Assembly: GCF_000150275.1 (NCBI RefSeq)
Contig: NW_002060983.1
Location: 55,356 to 119,355 of the forward strand
DNA: 64,000 nucleotides
Direction: 5' to 3'
DNA from: Trichoplax adhaerens
Taxonomy: Eukaryota; Animalia; Placozoa
The first letter of the stretch is position 1. Each line of letters opens with the position of its first letter. Of the stretch, positions 26,900 to 39,900 are shown one piece after another. Made by a program: the position numbers and the translations under genes. Under the pieces are notes generated by a model. That model did no database searches. It was not told where the DNA came from and worked only from the letters and a program-made list of their open reading frames with translations.

Positions 26900-29500
26900 T
26901 AACTACTGTATTACCATCCAACATATTAATAAAATGCCAATAAATTTACAAAAGACTAATATGATTTGCTAAGCTATTCCTGTTGTAATTTATTAACATA
27001 TCTGACAGTGTATAATATCTGATGGATAATCACATATAATTTGTTCGCAAACAATCGCAATTCGAAGAGAAGTAAGTGCAATAAAAATGTCAACATTTTT
27101 GTCGATTCCATTCACGTTACGCATCAACGGAAGCTGTTATCCATTCCGGGAGTTAAAGAATAATTTAGATTTGAAGTATAAAATATTGCAAAGATTTGCT
27201 TAAATAATATTTGTATTTAATTAGTGAAAAAATATGGAATAGATTCTGCCATTGAGAATCAATAGCGAAAGGAAAATTCTAGAAATCTTATTACCATTCG
27301 CAATAGTTTCATTGTCCAATAATTCAAGCCATCAATTAAATTTACTAACCATAGTTTCAGAACTTCAGATAGCAATAGATGTCTTGAGTATGTTATGATA
27401 TTAACTTTAGTTCCTTCACTGCATTTAAGAAACTGTTTAAAAGGAAAAAGGTAAAAGCGTCATTTTAAAGATCCATCACTTCCTTCGCAATTTTTTCAAT
27501 ACGCTGTAATGATCTCCACAAATTTAAGTAGTACCATAGATGGCTAATAGGTTGAGATGATGCACTTGTACTCTTTCTAGTATGCGATTGGGCTCTCTAC
27601 CTAAGGCCGTATCTAATAGCCAAACATAGGATTATATAGACTGCCTTCTTTATTAGAGTTAACGTATAATTACCTGGTTTATCCTAGTCAAACTGTAAAA
27701 GCAGTAGACTATTTTTAAGTTATTGCACGTGTATCTTTCACAATCAATTACTTTGAAATTTTGCTAATTGCATTACTGTTTGAGATAAAATTATTCCAGT
27801 AAGTAGTAATTTTAATGCTTTTGAAAGAAATTAGATTTTCCAGTAATATAATTTAATAGCGCAACTACTACAATTTTTATTCATATTCATTGAAATCTAA
27901 TTTTGCGTTAGAGCGTCTATGAAAACATGATGCCTAGTCTGTCACCAAAGCAAAATTACGTTTCCGTGAATACTTACTTCATTGCTGATCATAACTCATT
28001 ATTTAGAATTATATGCAGTTGTCATGGCCCCATTTTATTTAGATAATGCATATTAATTAATTATTCTGATGGAGATAGAGGTGTTTACTCTACAACAATA
28101 TATTTTAGAGTCAAGTGTGATCCACTATAATTTCTAGTTTTATTTAAGATGAGTACAATTATCATTATAGACTGATAAATATAATACTATACTGACATTG
28201 TTTTACTATTACGTTATTGAGCTATTTACTGTGGCACGATTTGTAGTCGAGCTATTTAATTATATTACTGGAGAATTGTTTATCGGTGTAAGATTTCGTT
28301 CGTAACATCGAATATAAACAATATAATAGCTATTCCCGAAAGCAAATAAANNNNNNNNNNNNNNNNNNNNNNNNNNNNNNNNNNNNNNNNNNNNNNNNNN
28401 AAGTTCGTGAGTGATTTGATGTTTTGATTCTTCATGATCCGAAACTTGTGAGATCTACGACATTACAATTAACATACAGCATTCTTTGCTGCTATGATCA
28501 CTGCAATACCTTATATAGTAACGCCTATGATTTTTATTATAGATTTGATAGTAAATACTTATATTTTTTAAAAGTTAAAATACATGTTTATGATCGGCTA
28601 ACTATTGATATCTACTATATCAATAAGTTTAAAAATGATGTACGAGTATAACGTTGGTAAAAAAGCCCATGTACACGTCTGAAAATCTAGGATATGTTTC
28701 TCAACGCATAAAAAATCTTAATAGAATAAATGCTAGAATTTCAAATCTCCATCGGTGTAAAAATCTGATAATAGCGGGATTTCATTGTTGATAAACTGTT
28801 CTATCGATATACTTCCTGCAAGAACTGTATTTAAAACTTTGAACCATTAAAATGATTTCCTTCAGAATCAAAATTGCGAAGCAGCGATTTCTTTGTGTTT
28901 GATAATTCGATAGCAGAAAGGTACATAATCTATATTTTTATCCCGTTCATTCAAAGCAAATGAATTTGAGATTATTTAGTTCAGCTCACAAAAATCTAGT
29001 ATTTACCACAATACAGTTATAAACATATATATATTTAAAGGTCATTTGAAAAGATGAGTTAAACTTTTATGCATCTATTCATTATTAAAAAATGATCTCA
29101 ACTCTTGTCCATCATCAGTACGTACCTCATATTATATGAACTAGATATAAATTAATAATATTAAATTCTACTGGCTATCATCATTACTGAATAAGCCGCA
29201 AACAATCAAGTTTGGGTAAAGATACGAAGCATTCTTGCTCCGCAGTTTTAATTTCATTTAGATAATATAAATAATTATGGCGCTTCATTACTGCTTACAA
29301 GGACTCGAAATTCAAAGTAAATTACAGGAATTATATGCGTTCTAATATCGACGATTTAGATACTATTAGCTTTTAACGGCATAAATGTGGATACTTTTTG
29401 CGTACCGGTCTTATCTAAGCTATTTTTAGTGATCAGTAAATATAGTTCTGTGTAAATTCCTAATTCGTCCTTTGGCCGGTCAGCAAATCTCAATTTGTAA
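26900..29500 (-). mobile_element. Fossil Gypsy pol (RT-RH-INT), with a B-like LTR inserted
   Basis: RNFALVTD* (27960-27934; cf. RKFTLVTDH), TGKSN, then one frame over 27600-27120: ESPIAY*...EIITAY*KNCEGS...WLVNLIDGLNYW...IPYFFTN. Confidence 0.6.
28020..28467 (+). mobile_element. Diverged family-B-related LTR fragment spanning a gap
   Basis: 28230-28350 resembles B 508-618 (CACGATTTGTAGTCG...ATTACTGGA...); boundaries uncertain. Confidence 0.5.
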
Positions 29501-30137
29501 AGATCAAAAATATAACTAATATAGGAATTAGCAAAATTAGCCTATTGTCAGGCTTTTCCTCAATGATATTTGCCAATAAAAGGAATCTAAATACTAATGA
29601 TCGTCTATCCTCAAGCGCTAGTCTCTGTTTTGATAAACTACTCCCAAATTTTGTATAAAATCAGTTAATTTGTAGTCAATTTCCGTAATGATAATTTATT
29701 TAATGGAAACTAAGTTAGGATATTTTATTCAAAAATTTCTTTGTAGCAGCCCGCTATTCTGCATAATTGCCCAGATTCCGATTTTGGCTATAACTGATAC
29801 ATGAATCATAAACTGTTCTCAGAATTTGAAGTATTTAATTTAAGAAAAAGCTATTCATGTCTGCTATACATTTTTGCATATATATTCGTGATTTTTGCAA
29901 TCTGAGATAATAAAAGATCTAGCTTACAAGATTTGAGCAAAAAATCAATTACTTCACGCCTATAAAATAATTAAAAATGTTGGTTCTTACGATAACGCAA
30001 TATCCATCATTGATCGTTCAACGTATTTACGACGTAAGAAAGGTCGTAGCTGAAATCGACATAAAGTTTTTTTCTAGAAATGTGCTATAGAGATTATTCA
30101 TTCATGAGTGGAATATTGTAATAAAGTATTTGGCTAC

Positions 30138-30675
30138 TGTGATATATACCAATCACGAAATTCCAAATTTTAGAAAAATTAGGGCTTTATTCAATCTTAT
30201 ACAAAGATTAACTACACACAGCTCTACTTTAGCCGAATACTACTACTAAAGACTTCTACAACGAACTAACAGAAAAATCTAAAGTTCTATGCTTTTATAC
30301 TTTCCGTAGCATTCGCAGCTACAATCTGCATAGCAACCTTTTACCTTATTTTACACATAGTTAAATTATTCTTAGTAAGACTATTCTACAGCGGACCATC
30401 ATTAATCCAATATGGATATGACTACAGTACTTACGTAGACATTATTCACACCAGCCAAAGTACAATGAATTAACCATATCGTAATATATGATTTACAGTT
30501 CTATTTTTACCTATAGCCATATTAGTAACTCAACAGCTTACTGCATATAATCATCTGTACTCTAGCACTACAGTCTATAGTTACAGCTACCAAATATCTC
30601 TTAGGATAAATATCTACCGTCCATTGTACTAAACATGGCTAACAGTTTACAATCACAATACTAAGTTACATTACA
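30138..30675 (-). mobile_element. Family C copy, full length, no TSD
   Basis: Both termini intact; flanks GCTAC vs CACTT do not match. Confidence 0.87.
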
Positions 30676-30938
30676 CACTTATTTCATATTTAACTTATGA
30701 TATTATCGAACAGATCTATTACAGGAAAGTACAATTAAAGGTTTTATTTAATACTCTGACTGTTAAAAAGAATTGCCTAAGCTATTTTGAAATAATTGTA
30801 AACTGCTTGACTCGTAGCCAGTAACCATCACAAGCGAAAGATCCTTAGTTTTCTACTTGATATAGAATCGAACACTTGGAGAGTATAAACTGTGCATTAA
30901 ACAAGTTATTAGCATGAGTTAAAGAGAAATCGTCAAAT

Positions 30939-31996
30939 ATGGTCTTTAGTAAAGATCAAAGCCCATTAAACTTTACGCAGCAAAATTTCACGTTCGATGT
31001 CATAGCTTTCCGACATTCCATGATATCAACCTTTATGATTTTAATACCTATTTATTTATTTATTTGGCATCTTCTGCAATATCGTATTAGTAACAAAATA
31101 AATTAAAAATAAGAGAATTCACACTCCTTCTGCATGTTTTCAGTTAGCATAGCCGTCTCAGATATTAAAATGTTATTCTAAGCAGCGATTTTTCTTATCG
31201 TTAATCTAGCACTTACAAATGCAGAATAAACCAGTCCTTACAGCTTAGGAAAAGTTTGTAAAATCAATTATTTTATAAATGGTTTCTCCTATTTTACATC
31301 CTCACAATCGCCTATGGCAATCAGCATCGATCGCTACTTCATCATAGTGAAAGGAAGTATCCAAATATCACCATTTGACGAGAAAAGCAACTAATAATAA
31401 CGATCGTTAAAATATGGATGAATAGCATATCTATATTTGTACCTCTAGCATTAATGACCGGAATTAATCCAAAATTTCCAAATATGAGTGATTTACGTCC
31501 ATACGATGACAACAGCGACTATTTTATGGCGTTTTATATGATGATTTCTAGCCATGTCGCCTACGCTATTCCGTTACTGATAGTAACTTTTCTGTACCGT
31601 AAGGTCATCAAGTAAGTAAATTTGGTTATAAATTTAACTTGGCCTAATGAGCGAAATCGTAGTCGTCAAATTAAAGCTACAAAGATGATGATGATAGGAA
31701 CAGGATTCTTTATGTTCAATGCTTTACCTGCTACAATTATGATGATTAGTATAAGTTTTATAAAGAAATCTTACGCAGAATTAGTCTTTAAACATGACCG
31801 CTTAATATTCTATTTGTTTTCGGCAGTTTTTCTGACATTGACTTTAAATTCTATACAAAATCCAATAATTTTTTTCTTATACAACAAATCATTTCGAAAA
31901 ATCTATGTTGAATACCATACAGGGACTTTGATTACCTTAAAGCTTCATTTAAACCTGAAGAGACTTTACAGCATTAAAAATGGTTTACTGATGTAG
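30939..31996 (+). pseudogene. Recent GPCR pseudogene of the array family
   Basis: ATG at 30939 (MVFSKDQ...FRHSMIS). Frameshift in an ATTT repeat at ~31050 and several in-frame TAA. Motifs SQSPMAISIDRY, YAIP, NALP and IQNPIIFFLYNKSFRK are still readable (ORF fragments 31418-31615, 31622-31996). Confidence 0.9.
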
Positions 31997-32129
31997 CTTA
32001 ATAACCCTTACGACACAAAAAAATAACGCAGCAATTATAATAAACTTTACTTTGATCCGCAGAACTACTTTCCAAGTCTACGGAAAGTAACTGGAATCCT
32101 TGCGAAGGTCTAACTCGCTCAAAACAATA

Positions 32130-33900
32130 TATAGTATAAAACTATCACACAACTTAGCCTTTACCTGAATCACTTTCTATTAATCACAGTCCTTCTTATA
32201 TATCCTTTCAGCAGTTATAAGCATAGTTATGATACTATAACATATTTCAATAAAATACATGTTATCACGATTAATTTATCAAATACGGAAGTTCGAGGTA
32301 ATAAACAATTTCAAAAGTAAATCTATTTCGACTGCAAGCTCTGTTAAGTTCCTATGTTCTCTATGCTTACTTGTAATATGTTACTGTATCATCATAATAT
32401 CATAATAACTTAGGTTATTACTTACAATAACGATTCCTAAAGTAGTACTTCATACTTTTTAAAAATTTAAAATAAAATGTTATCATCAGTTACACATCCA
32501 TAGCTAAGTTATTTTGATGATAACGATATGATGCTATTACCGAAATAGATACTTTAAATTGATATTAAATCGCGCAATGGTTTTATCTTGTCAGGTTTTA
32601 TCCTACTATTGCTACAATACTAGCCATCGTATTTTGTAAATTAGTTTGTTAGTCTCTAAAATTGTTTATGACTTCAAGAATTAATTGAAAATCTGGATTA
32701 ATTATTAGCACCAGTAAGAGTTACTATTAATTAATGTTGTTAACTGATATAGTGGTGCTGAGCCTCTAGTTGCTAATTAGCTAATAATGGTGATGTATAA
32801 ACTTCTATACTTTAGTTACTTACATCAGTTTCTAAAAGAAAAGAGACCAGATCTTGAATTATTCCTAACATCATTAAGGATCCGTGCGACGATAAAGAGA
32901 ATACTTAGTATTTATAAAAAATTTTAGATTTAAGCAATCAGCTAATTATTACACCTTATCATTCTAAAATCCTAATTACGCAAAATGAATAAAATCAAAT
33001 ATTAGCTAGCTATAGTAAATATTATTACATTATCGGATCGAATAAGCACAGTTGATTGTGTCATATAAGATTGCCTGTCCGTCGCAATTGAAAATAATAT
33101 TTAATTAAAATATTGATAATAACTTACAAATAGCTGACTTTTATGAGCTATTAATTGCCACTTGCGATGAATTAGGCCGCATGTGCACATAATTTACTTT
33201 TGTAAGCATTCCTTTAAAATTTTATTTTAACTTTCTTTATTATTAATAGCGGAGCAACAATAAATCAGCGGAAATGTCCGCATGAGTTAATTTTCATATA
33301 ATTTCAAAATTTATTGCTCGAAGGCATCATAGCAATCAAATACACCACTAAATCTTATTTGAGGTTAATTTCAAAAACGGTTGATGTGGTCAGAACTTCG
33401 AATACACTTACTACGAACAAAGCTACGACCCGAATGAACGTTATAGTAGCTATTTTTATCCTATTTTTATTCTGCAAATTAATTTAGTAACTTGATATCA
33501 AGTAGAAATACTATTTCAAATAATTGTTTCTGTACTGATATAACACTTACATGCCTACCAATCATCAAATGGACAAGTTTTTAATCGTGCAAAATCTATT
33601 TGACGAGAATATTAGCTATTTTAGCTCAATTAGAGTAGGCTATAATTAAAACAGCAGACAAAAGCGATTTACGATGGACACATGCCTAGTCTGAATTATT
33701 ATAGTATAATATATGATAAGAATTTTATTTCATAAGTACCATAGAACTAGACTCCTCAGAAATATAGAGCATCTTTATAATGTAGAGAGATTAAATAGAA
33801 ATAACTTACTTTATGCCACTATTACGTTAGTTATGAGACTGCAATAAACCGTTTAGTATTGAAATTTTACTGTAAAAGTTTAAAAACCTAAGCTGTTGGT
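32130..33900 (+). mobile_element. Fossil Gypsy gag-protease-RT (Mag-like)
   Basis: YSGAE (~32748; cf. DTGAE), DELGRM, RKCPHEL...LLEGII (33268-33330; cf. RRVPFAL...EKLGII), NKATTR...LDIK*KYY (33415-33515). Confidence 0.6.
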
Positions 33901-34959
33901 CTCCTTCAATTTCATTTTAATACGAATAATTTTAGCAACTACATTTAGATACTACCTAATGTTCTTGAACATCAGACGCTCTACTTCTTTATGTATTAAA
34001 CAAAAGTGAGTATAATTGCAAATTTTTTTGTAAAAGTATAATTAAATGACAATTAAAGGTGAAAATATTTTATTTTATTTATATTCAGATAATACGTCTG
34101 CGATTTTCCTTACATGGTCAAGACTTTATTACTTTACTTAATGTTGGTCCCGGAAAGCGCCGCGATATAGAGCTATAATGAGTTTATCTTATTATTTATT
34201 AATAAAATTATACAGTGGCTACATCTAATAAATTAATGGCAATTTATAAATAATTATTGAAAATTTTTAAGTATTACTTAAAATCTAATTTTCTCTGGAA
34301 ATATATTAAAAAATTTTGAATCTTTTCATTGAAATTTAAAGGAAAGATAATTAAGAATAAGTTTTATAATAATTAAAACCATCGTCTTTTGTAGTAAGTT
34401 ATAAGAAGATTTTTTACTTACATTTCCATATTACTTATTTATTAACGAGGCAAAGCTGCAATTAAGCATAAGCGATACGCTAGTTGATTGGTAGATTAAA
34501 CAGGTTTTATTATTATACGAACTAAGTCCTTCAATTTTGAATTTGTCATTATGTTGTACCTTATTATTATCCAGATCTTAATTAATATCAGAATATTCTG
34601 CTAAAATAATTCTTTACTGATATCAACCTTCAATTCGAATTCGCGTAAATATTCTGTAGTTATTGACCGCATCCAAGTAACCTATTCTTAATGAGAGTAT
34701 TATGCTACTGCTATTAATGAATATCAATAGTAATCTGTGTGAAAAACATTGTATTGCTAGGCCTAATGCGACTATTAAATTATTGCATTCTGCGAATTGA
34801 CGTCAATTTTAGATAAATCGATCCTGACTTTGCTGGCCCTACCAGAAATAAAACTTCATTACAGTAAAGATACCGATCGTTAGAGTAATTACAGAGTGCA
34901 GTGTCAGAAAACCGATATCACATCTCCTTTATTGATATTTATCATATTTGCCAGTTATT

Positions 34960-36036
34960 ATGAATTTAAGAAATATTATGCTTGACAAGAATTCCGTCAA
35001 CTTAACAACTTGCAATGATTCAATATTTAATCGAACTGGTAGCGTTGCCGATTTTCGTAAATCCTACATTGCCGTTTATATGGCTATGACGCCACTATTT
35101 ATTTTAGGAATCGTTGCAAATATTTTATTAATTGTAACTATTAAGAAAAAAAAACAGTTTCAAACACCGACTTACATCTTATCCGCTAATATGGCAATAT
35201 CAGATATAATTGTGTTAGCCTTTGGATCTATTTTTTTAACAAGTAATGTCGTATTGTCTAAACAGTCTAATTTAAATTATTCCAGTTACATGACGATTTG
35301 CAGGCTAAATTATTTTACCATAGCGTTATCATATATAACGTCATCGCAATCGTTTATGGCCATCAGTGTCGATCGATACCTTACCATAATACGTAGAGCT
35401 AGAAAATCGCCCTTTCAAAATAATAAAATCCTTCTAGCTTCTATTCTAATCATATGGACCATTGGACTAATACTGGCTGGGCCAATGATCACGCTTGCTA
35501 GTATCAATCCTAAATTTCCTCATATGTGTGATTTAGTTCCTCATGGCTCATATCGTGATTATTCCTTGACTGTATATCATTTGATAGCTATTTTAATAGC
35601 ATATCCAATACCATTAATTGTGGTGTCATATTTTTATTATAAAGTTATTTGCCATCTATTACAATCCGTTTTATCATTTACGAACATTAGAAATAATTAT
35701 TATCGATGTCAACGTCAAATTCATGCTACTAAAATGATGATTATTGCTACTATTTTATTTATGATAAACTCAATGCCGATCATTATAGCTTGGACGGTAG
35801 CTGTATTCACGGAACAATCTTACGTAGAATTAGTTTTAAATTACGGACAATTTGTGTTTATCCTAGTTTCAAGTGCTTTTTTAATGGCAAGTCTCACTTC
35901 GATTCAAAATCCATTCATATTCTTTCTTTATAACAAAAGATTTAGAAAAGCTGTCATGTCTAGTTTTCAGAGTGAATGTCAAACGTCTAAAACTACTACC
36001 GTTGCTAGTATTAGATCAAAAAATTTGTTATTGTAG
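34960..36036 (+). CDS. Class A GPCR, intronless; closest paralog of 25376-26455
   Basis: First ATG at 34960 (the ORF track starts at TTG 34948). Shares FRKSYIAVYMA, SDIIVLAFGS, PHMCDL and QNPFIF with the 25376 gene; SVDRY. Confidence 0.94.
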   Translation: MNLRNIMLDKNSVNLTTCNDSIFNRTGSVADFRKSYIAVYMAMTPLFILGIVANILLIVTIKKKKQFQTPTYILSANMAISDIIVLAFGSIFLTSNVVLSKQSNLNYSSYMTICRLNYFTIALSYITSSQSFMAISVDRYLTIIRRARKSPFQNNKILLASILIIWTIGLILAGPMITLASINPKFPHMCDLVPHGSYRDYSLTVYHLIAILIAYPIPLIVVSYFYYKVICHLLQSVLSFTNIRNNYYRCQRQIHATKMMIIATILFMINSMPIIIAWTVAVFTEQSYVELVLNYGQFVFILVSSAFLMASLTSIQNPFIFFLYNKRFRKAVMSSFQSECQTSKTTTVASIRSKNLLL

Positions 36037-37019
36037 TCTGAAGCCATGTAAGAGACCTTTATGTTGAAGTCAAGACATTGAGACATACATACTACTATAA
36101 CATAACAGCCTAACCACTTTGTGCTCAATGATCTATAACCAAGATCCATATCTACTATGCCTAAATTTTCGAATTTAAACTGCATTTTTAATAATTTATT
36201 TTATCTTGTAGTAACGAGGAAAGCCTTGTGTGTCACTAATTTGAACGAAGCATTAGAAATTTTACGGTGATCATACACTACTATTTCAAAAACTACAACA
36301 TATTAGCTATTGATTAATTCTTCTAACGAATAGATAGTTGTGCTGTTCTAAACATCTTGATATGATGTTATTAGTTATAATATTATAGAACAGTAGGATT
36401 TAATTTTTTGAAGCTATTTGAAGCAAATAATTCGTTAATATTAGCAGTAAAGTTCTCTTTTAAGATATTAATACAGTAGTTAGTCAATTTCATATATCAC
36501 AGATTAGGCTCTCAATCATTAGCATTTTTATAAGGTAATCAAACTATGGCTTTGTTAATACAAGAGAACCAATATCCTTACCAGGATCAAGTTTTGAAAT
36601 ATGTAATTATGTAAATACACTATTAATTATTCTTAACATTTATAATGTGCTTTAGTTAGCTTACAAAAGTAATAGATTAATATCAAATAGCTAACCTGCT
36701 AAGTAAACTTTGGTTACTTGTAAAAAATCATGGCATTCTTACAACAATTATAACTTCAAAGCCACATCAGATCATGAACGAATAAGCGGAAATAAAAACT
36801 TGCATACCGTTTGTTACAAATTAGTTTTATAAACGACATCAAAACACTAGACTCAATCATCAGGTTCGATAAATCTTCAATTAGCTCTTGGGAATCAGCG
36901 CGGATGAAGAAAGACTTACTTCTATTCACAAAAGGAGACTCTACGATACATTTTCTAAACTTCTATAACTGTTTTACAGTCTTGCAAGTGAGAAAATCCA
37001 TAGGAACTGCCTAAGTCGA

Positions 37020-37527
37020 TGTCACGGTAGTAGATCTACCGTGATGAATGATAACTTACTTAATTTAGACATGTATATGTGTCACGTTAAGATAGTTATT
37101 AATTTGGATATGTGCATGAATTATTTGATGTCTTAATATAGCCGATACAAACCTGTTCCTAATACAGGTTAAATTATACTAAATAGGGTATATGGATTGC
37201 CAATGGCAAATTAAATATAAATCCTGTTAATTATAAGCTAGGGCAAACATAAAGTTAATCTACAGTAATATTACAAATTCACTAGATTAGACTAGGAATA
37301 ATTTAATGTATTCTCGATGTCTTATTGGTCGAAATATATCATACATCGTAAACTGGTTTTATGGCTAGAATAGCTATTTAAATGATTGATTTTGAATATT
37401 AAATTAGACTTGCATTTTCGAGAATAAAGATATAGTTAGAAGATTCTGAAAGTGCATTTCGCAGTGATTGTTACTTATCTAGGGTAATCTAAATCAGTTC
37501 AGATTAGGCAAGTTTAGTTAAGTAACA
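37020..37527 (+). mobile_element. Family F copy (508 bp)
   Basis: Perfect TSD GTCGA (37015-37019/37528-37532). Confidence 0.9.
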
Positions 37528-37691
37528 GTCGATGTCTACTTAGGTATTATTACTATTTTCCGTACTTCTTAAATTGGAACATAAGTCGAAAACTACTCAA
37601 ATGTTGAAGAAACTGATTAATAAACTTATTCTAAAACTTTTGTCAATTAAATTTGTTTTAAATCTTGAAATACCTTTAACTGCTATAAATG

Positions 37692-38132
37692 TGTCCCAGT
37701 ACGAACTACCGTGAAGAAATAGCAATCTAAATTTGGTTAATATAATATAGTCATAATATATTACAACTAGTTACTTACAGTAGGAATTATTCCAATTATA
37801 AATATGTTACAGTAAATTTAATACTGTACTGTGATGTGTACTGAAATGATTCTATGAATGGACATATTGTAGTCCGACTGTGAAAAATTAGTTAGTAGAT
37901 ATTCTCACCTAAGTATTTTTATAAGATGACTCGTGAATGTTAGCTGCTGTAGAAGGATATATAAGCCCGTCAGATAGCTGAATAAAGCAGTTCTCGATTG
38001 TAGAATTGTTTTAACGTAGAATCAAAGGTGTCTTAATTCCTGTGAGGTAGTTAAGGGATACTGAATCCCGGAGACTATAGTAATTTAGAGATTTATTTTA
38101 CCCTATCCTTGTCACGAAGCTGGTTTGTGACA
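37692..38132 (+). mobile_element. Solo-LTR-like family G (441 bp)
   Basis: TGTC...GTGACA termini; perfect TSD AAATG; ATATATAA at ~37958 and AATAAA at 37981. Confidence 0.9.
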
Positions 38133-38449
38133 AAATGTTATAATAATAACAAAGATTTTCATTTCCTTTCTATAGGTACAGGTTATCCATTACTATAAGG
38201 AATACTATAACGAAATTACGAAGCATTTCATTATTATCATACATGATTATTATACGACCTAAAAAAATTAGTAAATAATAGTTATAACGTTCAGAATATC
38301 TCTTAAAGAAAAATTCTTTAATTTAAAAATAGTTCGTATCTATATTTGTCACTAAACCTAGTTAATATTAATTTAATATAAACTGCCTGATATCTTTAAC
38401 GATTTTAGTAAAATTGTGTAGTTAAGTTGAAAGAAATAGCAAATGGTAC

Positions 38450-39900
38450 AAATTGACTATCTATAAACGAATACTATGTATGCGTAAAGATGAAGAATAG
38501 TCTTTTTCTAGTACGGTGGATTCACAGTCATTTAAGCCAAAAATATGATTCAGTATAGATGTAACGGTTTCTCAATACGGAAAAATAGATTATGCTAAAT
38601 CATAAGCAGAAACGAATTTCATAACGCGTGTTTCATCATCCTAGAAAGCTTAACCTTTCTCTTTTTTCTGAGACAGCAAAATTATAGTCGGAATTAATCA
38701 GCTCTAGTAACTGAGCTGACGTTGCTTAGTCTATACAATCTATGTATTATGCATCCAATATTGAACAGGAAACATAGTAGTATATTACTGTATTTTTAGC
38801 GTAACTTAGCATCATCCTAAGATTGAATGGATAGGAATTTTAATCTAATCTTTAAATATGCGCTCCATGCATGCAACCGAGCGCTAGGCTTAGAATTTAT
38901 ACAGCGAGAAGCAACATAATGGATTATGTCAGATCATTATTCTTTTGAACACATTCTACAATATTTTACATAATCGCAGCTGTATTGACACTGATTTACT
39001 TTTAATAATATGATTACATACAGATATTATTTAGCAAATATTATTACTTTACTAACTGCTATGGTGTTACTTTTGCTTACCATTTCTGATCTCCTTTTCG
39101 TTAGATAACATACTTTGGTATTTGTTGAGGATACTATCATCCATGAAGTTATACATGTTGTGTCGTATGTCGAAATGTATTTTAGCAGAAGCATGCAGGA
39201 ATTCTATTCCTAATCCATAAAAAATGATTTTATCTTTGTTGCATCCTTCTATGTGAAGTTAATACTGCCTTAATTGTGCTTTCCGAGTGTTTGATTATAA
39301 AGAAAACACTGAGCTCCAGCAAAGATTCTGCTATTTCATTCCTTCCCTTTAATACCATAAAGCAACTTTGTCTTATTTTAATATCGCAGTATAATTATCG
39401 TGACACGCATTACGGTAATGCTTATACTTCGGGGTACTAGAACTAAATCTGTTATCTTAAGCCATGACTTTCTAGAAATAATAATCCTAAAATAGTTTAT
39501 TATCATCACAAATAGTCTCGTAGAAGCTAAAATTCCACTTGAAAGTAAATTACTTGAATGAGCCATCGTATAAATCAAACTAAGACCTTAAAATTACGGA
39601 AATTGTGATTATGATTAATCTTTATTGGAATATTTTGTTTCTCCTAATAGTTGCAATCTTAGAATTCCTTGCTTTTTGTAGCAGTAGGTCTAAAGATCTT
39701 AACTCATCCTTAGTGTCTAGGATCATACATGAACTTACGCTGTTCTGGGCTATCTTATTGTAAAATTAAGAAATTTTCAAAGAGATAAAGAAGTGTAATC
39801 ACTTTCTAGTGGTACTTCTCGATGTTAGCTGAACGTAGGTTGGCCCGATTTCCTTATCTCCTCTTGTAATAAATTTAGCAATTTTCTTAACTTTTCATTG
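38450..39900 (-). mobile_element. Fossil Gypsy pol (connection-RH-INT)
   Basis: FE...SP...YDP (~39780-39720); ORF 39378-39578 has RNase H spacing (FRIIISRKSWL...PRSI); IKGKE*/IAESL; FLWIRNRI; ATSAQLLELI. Confidence 0.55.

Larger units (their letters stand above)
36200..38250 (+). mobile_element. Fossil Gypsy RT N-terminal half, interrupted by F and G solo LTRs
   Basis: AYRL...KSSISSWES...TKGDSTIHF (ORF 36811-37014; cf. PYRL...PSTSPWAS...KKDGSIRF). It continues LP...KLEHKSKTTQM...IPLTAIN after removing F and G. Confidence 0.6.

Noticed and set aside
39310-39360. Ankyrin-like GRNEIAESLL on the - strand
   Set aside because: Better explained as the RNase H C-terminal motif (KGKEN.IADAL) in context
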